From the NCBI GenBank assembly GCA_963827655.1, contig CAWHCF010000045.1:1-64000 (forward strand): 64,000 nucleotides of DNA, given 5' to 3'. This DNA is from an uncultured Acidobacteriota bacterium (GTDB lineage: Bacteria > Acidobacteriota > UBA6911). A model generated the notes under the pieces. The model was not told the origin of the DNA. It made no database searches and was given only the letters and a program-made list of their open reading frames with translations. Made by a program: the position numbers and the translations under genes. Each line of letters begins with the position of its first letter. Positions within the stretch are counted from its first letter, which is position 1. Below are positions 18,882 through 30,360 of the stretch, piece by piece.

Positions 18882-21800
18882 ATGAAACGAGTCGCCTTTA
18901 TCGTAGCCTTCTGGTTCGGCGCTGCCAGCATCGCCGCAGGCACAACAGACAAACCAGTTTTGCTCCAGAGTCCGACGCTCAGCCAGACGGAAATCGTATT
19001 CGTCACGGCTGGAGATTTGTGGATAGTCAGCCGCTCCGGAGGCGAGGCGAAGCGGTTGACGGCAGGCGTTGGCATCGAGGGAGATCCATTCTTCTCCCCC
19101 AATGGCGAATGGATCGCCTTCACGGGTGAATACGACGGCAATGTCGACGTCTATGTAATGCCCGCAAAAGGGGGTGTGCCGCGCCGCGTGACCTTTCATC
19201 CGGGAGCAGACCGGGTCGCAGGCTGGAGCCCCGATGGCAAGCAGGTGCTCTTCCGCTCTCCGCGCCGGAGCACGTCGTTTTTCAGCCGGTTGTTTACGGT
19301 TCCGCTCGAGGGTGGGTTCCCGGCCGAAGTTCCTCTGCCGATGGCTGAGGAAGCCTCTTTTTCAGCCAACGGATCGCGCCTGGCTTACGTTCCTCTCGCG
19401 CGCGCCTTCCGCACCTGGAAGCGTTACCGCGGAGGACGAACGACCCCAGTCTGGATCGCAGATCTGGCCGACTCCCGTATCGAGAAGATCCCGCGTGAGA
19501 ACTCGAATGACTTTGCGCCCATGTGGGTGGGCGATCAGGTCTATTTCCTGTCGGACCGAAGCGGACCCGTGACTCTCTTTTCCTATGACACACGCGCGCG
19601 AAAAGTAGCCCAGGTCTTTTCCAACGACGGCCTGGACATCAAATCGGCCTCGGCGGGTCCGGGAGCCATTGTCTATGAGCAGTTCGGCACCGTGCACCTC
19701 TACGATCTGAAAACGCGCAAGTCCCAGAAAATTGACATACGAGTCTCGGGCGACATGCCCGAGGTGCGCCCGCGGCTGGATAAAGTCGCCCGTAATATCA
19801 GTACCGCAATGATCTCGCCGACCGGCTCGCGCGCGCTGTTTGAGGCGCGCGGGGAGATCTTCACTGTCCCGGCCGAAAAGGGGGACGTCCGCAATTTGAC
19901 CAACACGGCCGGAGTGGCTGAGCGCGACCCCTCCTGGTCTCCGGACGGGAAGCGCATCGCCTACTTCTCGGAAGAGTCCGGCGAGTATGCGCTTCATTTG
20001 CGGGCGCAGAACGGGATGGGGGAACCGGAGAAAATCAGCCTCGGCAGCCCATCCACGTTCTATTACACTCCGGTGTGGTCGCCGGACAGCAAGAAGATTG
20101 CGTACACCGACAAGAAACTTAATGTCTGGTACGTCGATCTCGAGAAGAAAACTCCCACGCTGGTGGACACCGACGTCTATGACGGACCGCGCAGAGTGCG
20201 CGAACTGGCATGGTCTCCGGATAGCCGCTGGCTCGCCTACACGAAGCAGCTCCAGAATTATTTGCGCGCGATGTTTGTCTATTCGCTCCAGAGCGGCAGC
20301 CGGCACCAGCTGACCGACGGCATGAGCGACGCGGTTTTCCCGGTATTCGACCGGGACGGCAAGCATCTTTACTTCGCGGCCAGCACGGACTTCGGTCTGA
20401 CCGTGGGCTGGCGCGATATGTCGAGCATCGCTCGACCGGTTACTCGCAGCGTGTATGTCGTCGTGCTGCGCAAGGATTTGCCGTCGCCGCTCGAGCCCGA
20501 GAGCGATGAGGAGAAACTCGCCGACTCCCGCGGATGCACAGAAAGAAAAGGATAAGGAAAAAGCGAAAGAGAAGCAGCCGATCGAGGTACGGATCGATGT
20601 TGACAGCATCGGGCAGCGCATCCTGGCGCTACCGGTTCCGGCGCGGAACTACACGGGAATGAGACCGGGAAAAGCGGGCACGCTCTTTCTGCTGGAGAGT
20701 GAGCTGGTTATTCTTCCCACGGGTGCGCCGGGCGGACGAACGGTCCACAAGTTCGATCTTAAGACGCGGAAAATCGAAAAAGTCCTGGACGGCGTCAACA
20801 CCTTCGAGATCTCCGACAACGGCGAAAAGATTTTCTTCCGGCAGGGTCAACGGTGGGTGATCTCCGGCGCCGCAACTCCTCCCAAACCGGGCGAAGGCAC
20901 GCTGCGCGTTGACGCACTCGAGGCTTGGGTTGATCCCCGGGTCGAGTGGAAACAGATGTTTCGTGAGGCATGGCGCATCCAGCGGGACTTCTTCTACGAT
21001 CCCGGTTACCACGGACTCGATCTGGCCGCGATGGAGAAGAGATACGAGCCTTACCTGGAAAACATCGCGAGTCGCGCGGATCTTAACTACCTCTTTGCGG
21101 AGATGATGGGCGAGTTGACCGCCAGCCATTTGTCCGTTGGCGGCGGGTCGGCGCCCGAGGTCAAACGAGTGCGCGGCGGCCTCCTGGGCGCCGATTATCG
21201 CATTGAAAACGGACGCTATCGTTTTTCGCACATCTTCAACGGGGAGAACTGGAACCCTCAGCTGCGGGCGCCACTGACGCAGCCCGGCGTCAATGTCGCC
21301 ACCGGTGAGTATCTGCTGGCTGTTGACGGCCGCGAGCTTCGCGCCGGCGACAACATCTATAGTTTCTTTGAAGCCACGGCCGGTAAAGCGGTCAAGCTGC
21401 GGGTCGGGTCCGATCCGGGCGGTGACAGGTTCACGCGAGGTTACCGTCGTGCCGGTCGAGAGCGAGGCGGGGCTGCGCAATCTGTCCTGGATCGAAGGGA
21501 ACCGGCGCAAGGTGGACGAGATGAGCGGCGGTCGCCTTGCCTACGTCTACTTGCCCGATACGGCATTCGGCGGCTACATGAATTTCAATCGCTACTACTT
21601 TTCGCAGATCGGCAAGCAAGGCGCCATCATCGACGAACGGTTCAACGGAGGAGGATTTACCGCAGACTACATCATCGATTACCTGAGACGGCCTCTGATG
21701 AACTATCGCACCACTCGTGACGGAGCCGATTTCACGACGCCACTGGGAGCGATATTCGGACCGAAAGTCATGCTCATCAACGAGTATGCGGGTTCCGGAG

Positions 21801-22172
21801 GAGATGCGCTTCCGTTCTACTTTCGCAAGTCAGGCATCGGCCCCCTGATCGGAAAGACAACCTGGGGCGGGCTTGTCGGCGGACTGGGAGGCTTCCCCGC
21901 TGCTCATGGACGGAGGAGTCGTCACGCCTCCGGCAGTAGGTTTCTGGAACCCGGCGACCGGCGCTTGGGAAGTGGAGAACTTTGGCGTGGCTCCGGACGT
22001 CGAAGTCGATTTTGATCCTCAAGCGGTGCGAGCGGGCCGCGATCCCCAGCTCGAGAAAGCGGTTGAGGTTCTCCTGGCGGAGCTCAAAAAGAATCCGCCC
22101 CCCGTGCACAAGAAGCCGCCCTTCCCCAACTACCACAAGCGCGCGCCGCGGCCAACCACGTCGGCGCAGTGA
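18882..22172 (+). CDS. Tricorn-like S41 protease (PD40 propellers, PDZ); frameshifts near 20530, 21430, 21895
   Basis: FSPNGEWIAFTGEYDGN, WKRYRGG, EAWRIQRDFFYD, DERFNGGG, YAGSGGD, GKTTWGGLVG, ENFGVAPD, GRDPQLEKAV. Confidence 0.93.
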
Positions 22173-22176
22173 GGAC

Positions 22177-22240
22177 CTTCGCGCGTCTTAGCGGTGAAAG
22201 CATCGACAAAAGCCACCGCTAAGACGCAAAGACACGAAGA
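22177..22240. repeat. Octamer-family repeat, inverted pair
   Basis: cttcgcgcgtcttagcggtg ... caccgctaagacgcaaagacacgaag just after the tricorn stop. Confidence 0.8.
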
Positions 22241-22328
22241 GACGACTACTTGAATGAACTGCGGCCCGGCGACCTGAACACCGCCGCGAGGGCGTTCGCG
22301 ATGTCACGAGAGCGGAGGCGGAATGGGT

Positions 22329-24816
22329 TCAGCCGATGGCGCCGGGTTTCAGGTTCGCCTGCTGAGGCTCGGTGAAGCTGGGCGGGCACACTCCGGGACC
22401 GCCCACCTCGCAAACTAAGCCTGAGACCGTGACCGTGTAAGCCGGACAGCCGGCATTAGCGGTAACCTCGCTTACCACCACGACGAAGGTTTGGTTGGGT
22501 GCAACGTTGAACGACATCGAGGCATTGGGAAACGGGCTGGCGCCCGTATCGGCCAGGAAATTCGTGCAGATGCTGGCCTGGTTGAAGCTCCCTGCGTATG
22601 CCGCGGCGAAGATGAAATTGGCCCCTTGGCAATCGGTCGAGATATCGACCTTCACGCAAACAGGAGAGGCGCCGTTCGTGAACGTATGCGAGTCGTAGCG
22701 AAAGGTTCCGGCAATGGTGCTGCAACCCTTCGAAACACCGCAGGCACTGGGGACGCCGTCTCGGAACAGACGACCCGTTTGCTGGGGATCGGCGCTGGTG
22801 AGGGCGCCCGGGACCGTCAGCGGCGGGCACTGACACGAAGGAAGCGTAAGGTAAGCTGTGTCGACGCCGCCGCTGTGAGTCAGCACCAGTTTCAAATCGA
22901 TCGGAACACAGGGAAAATTCGGCGCGACGCTCAACCGGAAGGGCGTCGCGTTGGCCGCCGTCTGACCCGGAACGAGATTCGGATAAGTCGAGGCGGACTG
23001 GGTAACTGTCACCAGGCTGGTAAAGTTCGTAAGCTCGGCTGTGATTCCCGTTCCCGTCGCCGATCCATTATTTGTGATTTGAATACTCAGGTCGACACAT
23101 TCGTTGGGCTCGATCACCCCGTCGCCGTCCCCGCCGGTGATCAGTGACTTGGGCCGAATCAAGGATCGCGCCAGGTCCTGCCACCGGGATTTTGGCGAAA
23201 CGAATGTCCGGGCTGTTGCGCGTCGCGCCGACGAACCTCGACGGATCACGATTGTCGCCCCAGACGCCGTAGAAGAAGTTGTTATTGGCGATCATCGTGT
23301 CGTAGTCGCCCATGTAGACTGCATTGACGACCGGATCGCCGCCAAAAACAGCAGGGAACTGGTCGCTGATGCGGAAATTCGGTCCAAAGGTCACAGAATT
23401 TCCGGAGATGGTGGCAATGACTCCCCATCTTTCAATGAGCGCGTCGGCGGGGTCGCGGCGGCGATCATACCAGCTGACGGCGAGCCGCGATCCATCCGGC
23501 GTCACGGCAATGGCTGGAAAAAACTGCAGCCGGGTAGTCGCGTCGTTGTTGAGTTGAAACTGCGAGGTCCAGGTGGCGCCGCCGTCAATCGATTGCCTGA
23601 AGTAGATGTTCCCGCTGTCGGCTCCGGCAGGGTTGTCATTGTAGACGACGAAGAGATGGTTGGCGTTGGTTGGATTGACCGCCACAGCAGGGAAAGCGGC
23701 GGTCCGAAAGCCACCGACGGCTCCGAGCCCGCCGTTCGTCTCGGTGGTGAGCAACGGGGCAACAGTTATGGGCGGGCCAAACGTCAAGCCCTGATCGGTC
23801 GACTTGCGCATTCGGATGATGTTCGGCGTCCCGGCGCCGGCGCTCTGATCGAGCCAGAACACATAGACGGCGCTATCCGCGCCCACCGTGACCGCAGCTC
23901 CTTGCACGTTGAAAGCTCCAGCAGGAGCGATCAGCGTTCCACCTGGAGGTTCGAAGCTGGCGCCATTGTTGTTTGATCGGGTAAAACGAATCCCCGTGAG
24001 TCCGGTGGTGAAGCTTCGCCAGGCCAGATAGGTGTTTTGCTGGCCCGGTCCGGGAAAGTTATCCACCGCCATCCATTCCTTGTCCTGAAATCCCGCGGCA
24101 ATTCCTGGCGCGCCGTTCACGGGAGGTAACCACGTCGCCGCGTCATCGTCCGAGCGGAAAACATTCAGACCTGACCCTACAAATTGCAGCGTCGAAAAAT
24201 AGAGTCTCCCGGTCACGTCATTGCGCGCCAGCACAGGGTCGCCCGCGTCGCCGTTGGGATTGGTCGTCAGAGTTCCTTCGTCCCTCCAGATTCCTCCGTC
24301 GTTGAACGATCGGGAAAACCCAGTGAATTTGTTGGCCGGTGGATTGGGCGAGTCGAAGGAAAAGGAACCGGAATCGTTGTAACCCACGATCAGGTTTGAT
24401 TCCCGATGCCAAGACGATCCAAAAGCGATGGTTGTTTCGCTCTGGGTATCTCGAGCCGTCGAATCGAGCCAGGGATCGTTCACGATGGGATTGCCGAGAG
24501 CCATCCGGATTCGCGAGCCGGGGTCGGGCTCAATCTGCGCTTGAGCGTCCTGGACATCCGACTGACCTTCGGATGGACGTGGAGGGAACGGAGGGCTGTC
24601 AGTCGGGGCACTGCCCGGTCTTCGGCCGAACCGAAGCTGGAAGAGGTTCTGTGCGGCGCTTGACAGCATTTCGAATTCCTGGGGGTCGCTTAATATGCGT
24701 TCGATGTCCTGATCAATCTGCTGGGCGGAGACAGGCTGAAACACAGGCCGGGCGCTAAAGAAGCTGACGGTCAATAGAATCGCGCATAACGTGAGGAACC
24801 GAGTAACCTTTTTCAT
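22329..24816 (-). CDS. Secreted BNR/Asp-box (sialidase-like propeller) protein with Cys-rich C-terminal domains; frameshift near 23150
   Basis: Signal peptide; Asp boxes SFNDGGIW, STDQGLTF, SIDGGATW; DKEWMAVD; GDYD; GDGDGVIEPNE. Confidence 0.8.
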
Positions 24817-25285
24817 GCATGTTTCTCCTGGAACAAATCCTTATTTTTCACTGCAACGACTTCACTGGAATGAGCTGTTTGTGACGCGGGGATTCTCGAC
24901 ACGTGCAGCTTTGATCGAGGCCCGATTGACGCTTGACTCTTACAAAGGGGAAGGGGAGTGCGTGGGAGAGGTTTCGTCGGATCGGCAACCGCAAGACAGG
25001 ATTACCAGGTTCTGGTCGCCGGCCCGGATTCTCAATCGGTGCGTGGAGGGCTACGGAGCAAGAGAGCATTGCGAGTTCGTTTCAGTAGACCCTGAAGAAC
25101 TGGGGGGGCCGAGCGGTCGCCGATGAGCGAGGCGAAACCCCGAAATCTGGATGACACCGCACAGAAACGCAGATCGGCTGGACATCAAGATGCCCTCACG
25201 AAACCACGCCAGTTTTGCACCCGATAATGCGCTGGTTCCGGGAGCGTCGCAAGCGAAAAAACGGTTCGTCAGGTGTGCCGGGGCT

Positions 25286-25327
25286 CTTGGTGTTTCTCCG
25301 TGTCTTTGAGTCTTAGCGGTATTTGTT
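25286..25327. repeat. Octamer-family repeat, full 42-bp copy
   Basis: cttggtgtttctccgtgtctttgagtcttagcggtatttgtt, near-identical to the reverse complement of 47709-47750. Confidence 0.85.
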
Positions 25328-25376
25328 ACGACCTTGTTGCAATCCGCCTCCAATAATGGTTTGATAGCTGACTTCC

Positions 25377-26681
25377 ATGGCGACACAGATTGCACCGCAG
25401 GTTTCAGTGAGGGCGCGCCCCACCCGCGTTCGGCACATGGTGATCGTCTTTGCGGTCACCCTGGGGATCATCACCTATATCGACCGTGTTTGTATTTCGC
25501 AGGCCGCCCCTTATATGACGGAGGATCTCGGGCTTACCAAGGCCCAGATGGGCTGGGTGTTTGCGGCCTTCGCCTGGTCTTACGCGCTATTTGAAATTCC
25601 CGGCGGCTATCTGGGCGACTGGATTGGTCCGCGCAAGGTGCTCATGCGGATCGTAATCTGGTGGTCGTTTTTCACGGCGGCCACCGGATGGGTATGGAAC
25701 TACATTTCGCTCCTGGTGACGCGCTTCATGTTTGGCGCCGGTGAAGCCGGCTGCTTCCCGAATTTGACCAAGGCTTTCACGACCTGGCTTCCGCCTTCCG
25801 AACGGGTCCGCGCTCAGGGCATCATGTGGATGAGCGCGCGCTGGGGCGGCGCCTTTACGCCGGTGCTTGTATTCTGGGTGCTGAAGTTCGTGTCCTGGCG
25901 CCGCGCCTTTGAAATCTTCGGCGCCCTGGGGGTCCTATGGGCGATCTGGTTCTACTGGTGGTACCGGGATAACCCGCGCCACAACAAGAAGATCAACGAG
26001 GCCGAACTGGCTCTACTGGAAGGGTCCGAGCAGCTGGCTTCGGGTCACGGTGACGTGCCCTGGGGCAAGCTTATCCGTTCCAAGCAAGCCTGGCTGTTGT
26101 GCCTGCAATATTTCTGCCTGGCTTATGGCTGGTATTTTTACATCACGTGGCTGCCGACTTATCTCAAGGAAGGCAGGGGCCTGAATCTGGCTCAGGGCGC
26201 CATCCTTTCAATCCTTCCCCTGTTTCTCGGCGGCATCGGCTCTATCTTTTGCGGTCTGATCTCGACGCCCATCGCGCGTTGGACCGGGAGCGTCGCCTTT
26301 ACCCGCCGCCTTATGGCCATAATAGGCTTTTCGGGCGCAACCGGCTTGTTGATTCTTTCGACCTTTGTGAAGGACCCGGTCTGGGCAATGATCGCAATGG
26401 GCATGGCCAGCTTCTCCAACGACCTGGTAATGCCGGGCAGCTGGGCAGCCTGCATGGATGTGGGCGGCAAATATGCAGGAACACTCTCCGGCGCCATGAA
26501 CATGATGGGAAACTTTGCCGGCGGCATGTCGCCAGTCGTCATCGGCTATGTTCTTCAGCAGACCGATAACAACTGGGACATTACCTTCTACGTGTCCGCG
26601 GCCCTCTATTTCGCCGGCAGCTTCTTCTGGCTGGTGCTCGACCCGGTGACCCCTTTCGATGAGTCGGCGAAAGCGCACTGA
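25377..26681 (+). CDS. MFS transporter (ACS/hexuronate-like)
   Basis: ITYIDRVCIS, EIPGGYLGDWIGPRKV, GAGEAGCFP, about 12 TM segments. Confidence 0.93.
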   Translation: MATQIAPQVSVRARPTRVRHMVIVFAVTLGIITYIDRVCISQAAPYMTEDLGLTKAQMGWVFAAFAWSYALFEIPGGYLGDWIGPRKVLMRIVIWWSFFTAATGWVWNYISLLVTRFMFGAGEAGCFPNLTKAFTTWLPPSERVRAQGIMWMSARWGGAFTPVLVFWVLKFVSWRRAFEIFGALGVLWAIWFYWWYRDNPRHNKKINEAELALLEGSEQLASGHGDVPWGKLIRSKQAWLLCLQYFCLAYGWYFYITWLPTYLKEGRGLNLAQGAILSILPLFLGGIGSIFCGLISTPIARWTGSVAFTRRLMAIIGFSGATGLLILSTFVKDPVWAMIAMGMASFSNDLVMPGSWAACMDVGGKYAGTLSGAMNMMGNFAGGMSPVVIGYVLQQTDNNWDITFYVSAALYFAGSFFWLVLDPVTPFDESAKAH

Positions 26682-26741
26682 CACGGAAGGTTAATCCCGC
26701 TTCGTCCCGAGGCCTTCGATACACTCCTTGAGAAGCCACAA

Positions 26742-27866
26742 ATGAGAAGATTGACCCTCTCGGTCCTGGTGTCGTGTGCCCTCTTCATTCATGCGTCCGG
26801 GCGCGAGGACGCGAGGGTGAGCGAACACGTGACCGTTTACCAGGAAGAGGGGCGTTTCGGCGGCTGGCCTGCCAATCACGGAATCTGGTCCTGGGGAAAT
26901 GAGATCCTGGTTGGCTTCAGCGCGGCGTACTTCCTGTGGAGCGACCGTGACGGCCATCCCTACGATCGCAGCAAACCGGAGGAGCCGCGCCTGGCGCGAA
27001 GCCTTGACGGTGGGAAAACGTGGACCATCGAAGCGCCTCCCTCTCTCTTGCCCCCGGAGCAGGGAGGTAAACCGGCCACACGGTTGAAACAGCCCATTGA
27101 CTTCACTCACCCTGGTTTCGCCATGACGCTCCGCTTCACGGACGTCAACCAGGGGCCTTCGTTGCTCTTTTACTCTTACGACCGCGGCAAGAACTGGGAA
27201 GGAGCGTTCGAGTTTCCGCTGCTGGGACAACGGGGAATCGCGGCGCGAACCGATTACCTGGTAAACGGCCAGCGAGAGGCGCTGGTGTTTCTCACCGCCT
27301 CGAAGACAAACGGCCGCGAGGGGCGGCCGCTATGCGCCCGTACCATAGATGGAGGCCTGAGCTGGGAAATGCTCTCCTGGGTGGCGCCGGAGCCGACGAA
27401 CGGCTTCACCATCATGCCCTCTTCAATCCGCCTCTCTCCATCGGAGATCCTGACTGCCGTGCGCCACGAGGAAAACTACCGGAAGGGTCCGAACTGGATT
27501 GACGCTTATCTCTCGCGCGATAACGGCCGGAGCTGGCAATTTCTGAACCGGGCCGCACCCGACACCGGCGCCAGGAGCGGGAATCCTCCCAGCATGATCC
27601 GGCTGAAAGACGGCCGCGTGGCGCTCACCTATGGCTATCGCTCCACGCCCTATTCGATCCGAGCCCGGCTCAGTGCCGATGGCGGCAGAACCTGGGAGGA
27701 AGAGATCATGCTGCGTGATGACGGCGCCGCCTGGGATGTCGGATATCCGCAAACCGTGCAGCGGCCGGACGGCAAGGTCATCACCGTCTACTACTGGCCC
27801 CGGGCGCGCGACAAGGAAAGAATCATCGCCGCAACCATCTGGGATCCGGGTCCTGCAAGAAAATAG
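26742..27866 (+). CDS. Secreted BNR-repeat sialidase-family protein
   Basis: Asp boxes SLDGGKTW, SYDRGKNW, TIDGGLSW, SRDNGRSW, SADGGRTW; DVGYP. Confidence 0.87.
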   Translation: MRRLTLSVLVSCALFIHASGREDARVSEHVTVYQEEGRFGGWPANHGIWSWGNEILVGFSAAYFLWSDRDGHPYDRSKPEEPRLARSLDGGKTWTIEAPPSLLPPEQGGKPATRLKQPIDFTHPGFAMTLRFTDVNQGPSLLFYSYDRGKNWEGAFEFPLLGQRGIAARTDYLVNGQREALVFLTASKTNGREGRPLCARTIDGGLSWEMLSWVAPEPTNGFTIMPSSIRLSPSEILTAVRHEENYRKGPNWIDAYLSRDNGRSWQFLNRAAPDTGARSGNPPSMIRLKDGRVALTYGYRSTPYSIRARLSADGGRTWEEEIMLRDDGAAWDVGYPQTVQRPDGKVITVYYWPRARDKERIIAATIWDPGPARK

Positions 27867-27997
27867 GATCCGGAGAAATTTCGCCTTGTTGGATACCACA
27901 ATCCAGAAAAAATCTTGTCTCTTGAACCGGAATCCACAGCGAGCAACCTTGTACGGCTGAAACGAAGAACGCGCTCCCTTCACAATGAATCGGCGTC

Positions 27998-28327
27998 GCC
28001 CTTGGAGTGCGCAAGCTTGTTTGCGCCTTCTGTTGCGGCAGCTCGCTGACGCGCCAGGCCCGTAGGGCCGACCAGTGCGTAGCCCCGGCCGTAAGGCCGG
28101 GGAAATCGGGTCTCGCAACCATGAGCGCCGAAGGTGCGGCACAATCGGAGTGCCGGGCCTTCGGCTCTCGGACTCGGGATCTTCCGGTCCTCCGCCCTCA
28201 CGGGCGGGGCTATTCACTGCCGGGCTTTGGGCCCTGGTCAACGGCATCCGAGCTTCGGTGCCTGCGAAATGTCCAAAACTCCAGGCGGCAGTTTGCTGCG
28301 GCGCCGGCGAAATGCACAAACTCCAGG
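27998..28327. mobile_element. Composite REP/MITE-like multi-hairpin element, copy 1
   Basis: ttggagtgcgcaagcttg motif, palindromic six-hairpin core at 28055-28236, gaaatgtccaaaactccagg-like motif at 28266 and 28309; homologous to 51611-51968. Confidence 0.75.
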
Positions 28328-28383
28328 CTCCCTCGGTCGGAAAACTTGCCCGCAGTCGCTGGGCGCTGTGATTGGAGTATTCC

Positions 28384-30283
28384 ATGGATGAAATCAGCGA
28401 GGTCCGGAAGCGCATCGATGAAGCGGTTCGTTTCCGGGACTCGGACCAGAGGAAAGAAGCCGCTAATGCAGTTTGCGCAAATCATCAGGCAATTCAGCGC
28501 TTCGAAAGAACCTGCCGTAAGAGAGCGCGTCGCCGAAGCGCTGGTAAACCTCGGCGTCATGGTGAGGAGTTCCGGGGACCCGACGACTGCGATAACGATC
28601 TTCGATCGTGTCATCGTCGAATATCAGGCGGCCACGGCGTTTCTTATCTGCGCGCTTTTCAACAAAGGTGGCGCGTTGATGGCGCTGGGACGTTCGCCTG
28701 ATGCCATTGGCTCGTACGAAGAGTTGCTGGCCGCCGCCGATTCCTATGCCGGTGACGATCCGGCTGTTCCTCAGTGCGTCGCGGGAGCTCTGTTGAATCT
28801 GGGTGTTCTTCACGCCAGAACCGGATCGCCGGAGAAGGCCCTGTCGGCCTGTGATGAAGCGCTCCGCCGCTTCGCCAGTCACATCAATCCTGAACTGCAG
28901 GCCACCGCGGCTAACGCGCTCCACAACAAAGCGATGACGTTGAGGAACAACCATCGAGACTCCGAAGCCATCGCCGCCATGACGGAGCTCGTGGAGCGCT
29001 TCGTCGCTTCACCCGGCGAGGGAGCGCGGCGCTGGGCCGGAATAGCGCAGTACAACAAGTCGATACACCTCGCGCGAATGGGCGATGCTCAGGAATCCGT
29101 TGCTGCTGCGGAGGAAATGGTGCGGCGTTTCGGCGATTCAACGGACCCACCGGTGCGCGAGCGATTGGCCAAAGCGCTGTATAACAGAGTACTGCTGGCG
29201 AGAGCCGCAGGGAAAGTCAAGGAAGCGGTGCACGCTTGCTGGGACATTCATGCTCGGTTCCGAGGCGATCAGAATCCCGTCGTTCAATCCGTGGTTGCCG
29301 CGGCGCGGCGTTACGATTGCTTCATGGTCGCGCTGGCTGACCCGGCGTTCGACGCCGCAACCGGCACCGTCGAGCTCGATCCTGCCGTACGTGCGGCTCT
29401 CGGAGATGCCGGGGATTACGTCGCAGGAGTCGCCAACGTTATATGGGACGGCGATAACCCCACCGGTGGGCCGCCCAAACCGTTCGGACTGATCGACGTT
29501 CTGCAGATTCTCCAGAGCGGTCCGTCTTCAACGACGCACTCTTCGGACCGTGAGTCAGCCGACCTGGAGTTCAAGCGCAAGCTGCTCCGCGAACAACTCC
29601 AGCGCGATCTCGAAGGCCATTTGCGTTGTGGAACGATTCTGACGGACTACCTCGATAAGAACGAACCGTTCGCCATTTTTCTCCGAAACTTCGATGCCGA
29701 AGGCTCTATGAGAAAGGGTTCTGGCGCTCCGGAGCCGATCCGAGTCAACCTTCAGCTCGCAAGCCAGAGCGCCATCGAGAAAAAGCTCGTTGCAACGCTT
29801 GGAGCGAAACTACCCCTCGTAGGCGTCGGCAACAACGCGCCCCTTCGTCCGGACTTTCAACAAATGCTGCCCAGATTGCTGCTGCCGAACGAACACTGGC
29901 AACAGGTCGTCGAGGAGTTGATTGGAGCTGCTGCAATCGTCGTCGTGGACGTGATCAGGCTGACTCCCGGTGTCCTGTGGGAACTGGAGACGATTGAACG
30001 TCTGGGAAAACAGAATGACACCGTCGTGATTCTTTCTCCGCCGCGGCCGGAAGAGAATGCGGCTAAGGTCGTGGAGGAGCTTTATGGAATCAATAAACCC
30101 GAGTATCCTCCGGCGCAGCGCGATAGCCCATCGCTGGCAAAATTCACCCGTGTCATCCAGGTCTCGGAACTGACGGATGGCGTCATCGATGTACTGCAAT
30201 TCTCGGACCTGATCGCTCGGGTTGAACAGGTCCAGAAACTTGGTCCTAACGAAAGAACTCCGTGGGACGCGATCGACTTCTGA
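28384..30283 (+). CDS. TPR-repeat protein with C-terminal TIR-like alpha/beta domain; frameshift near 28465
   Basis: ggag RBS, MDEISEVRKRIDEA; repeats A-x-AL-x-N-K/LG; C-terminal IFLRNF..HWQQVVEELIGAAAIVVVD..TPGVLWEL. Confidence 0.72.
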
Positions 30284-30360
30284 CTGGTGTGGGGGCCTCC
30301 CGCCTTTTTCTATCGCGATGTTCTGTGTCCAGCGGCAAGGCCGCTTATGCGCCGATCCAT

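Noticed and set aside
25085-25280. Hammerhead-like ccgatgag..gaaa and a weak inverted repeat (cctgaagaac / gttcgtcagg)
   Set aside because: Core is CCGAUGA not CUGAUGA, stem II does not form, and the inverted match is only ~10 bp.
28007-28383. N-terminal extensions of ORFs 28007, 46438, 6393 and 2150
   Set aside because: They run through repeats or upstream genes; downstream starts with RBS fit better.
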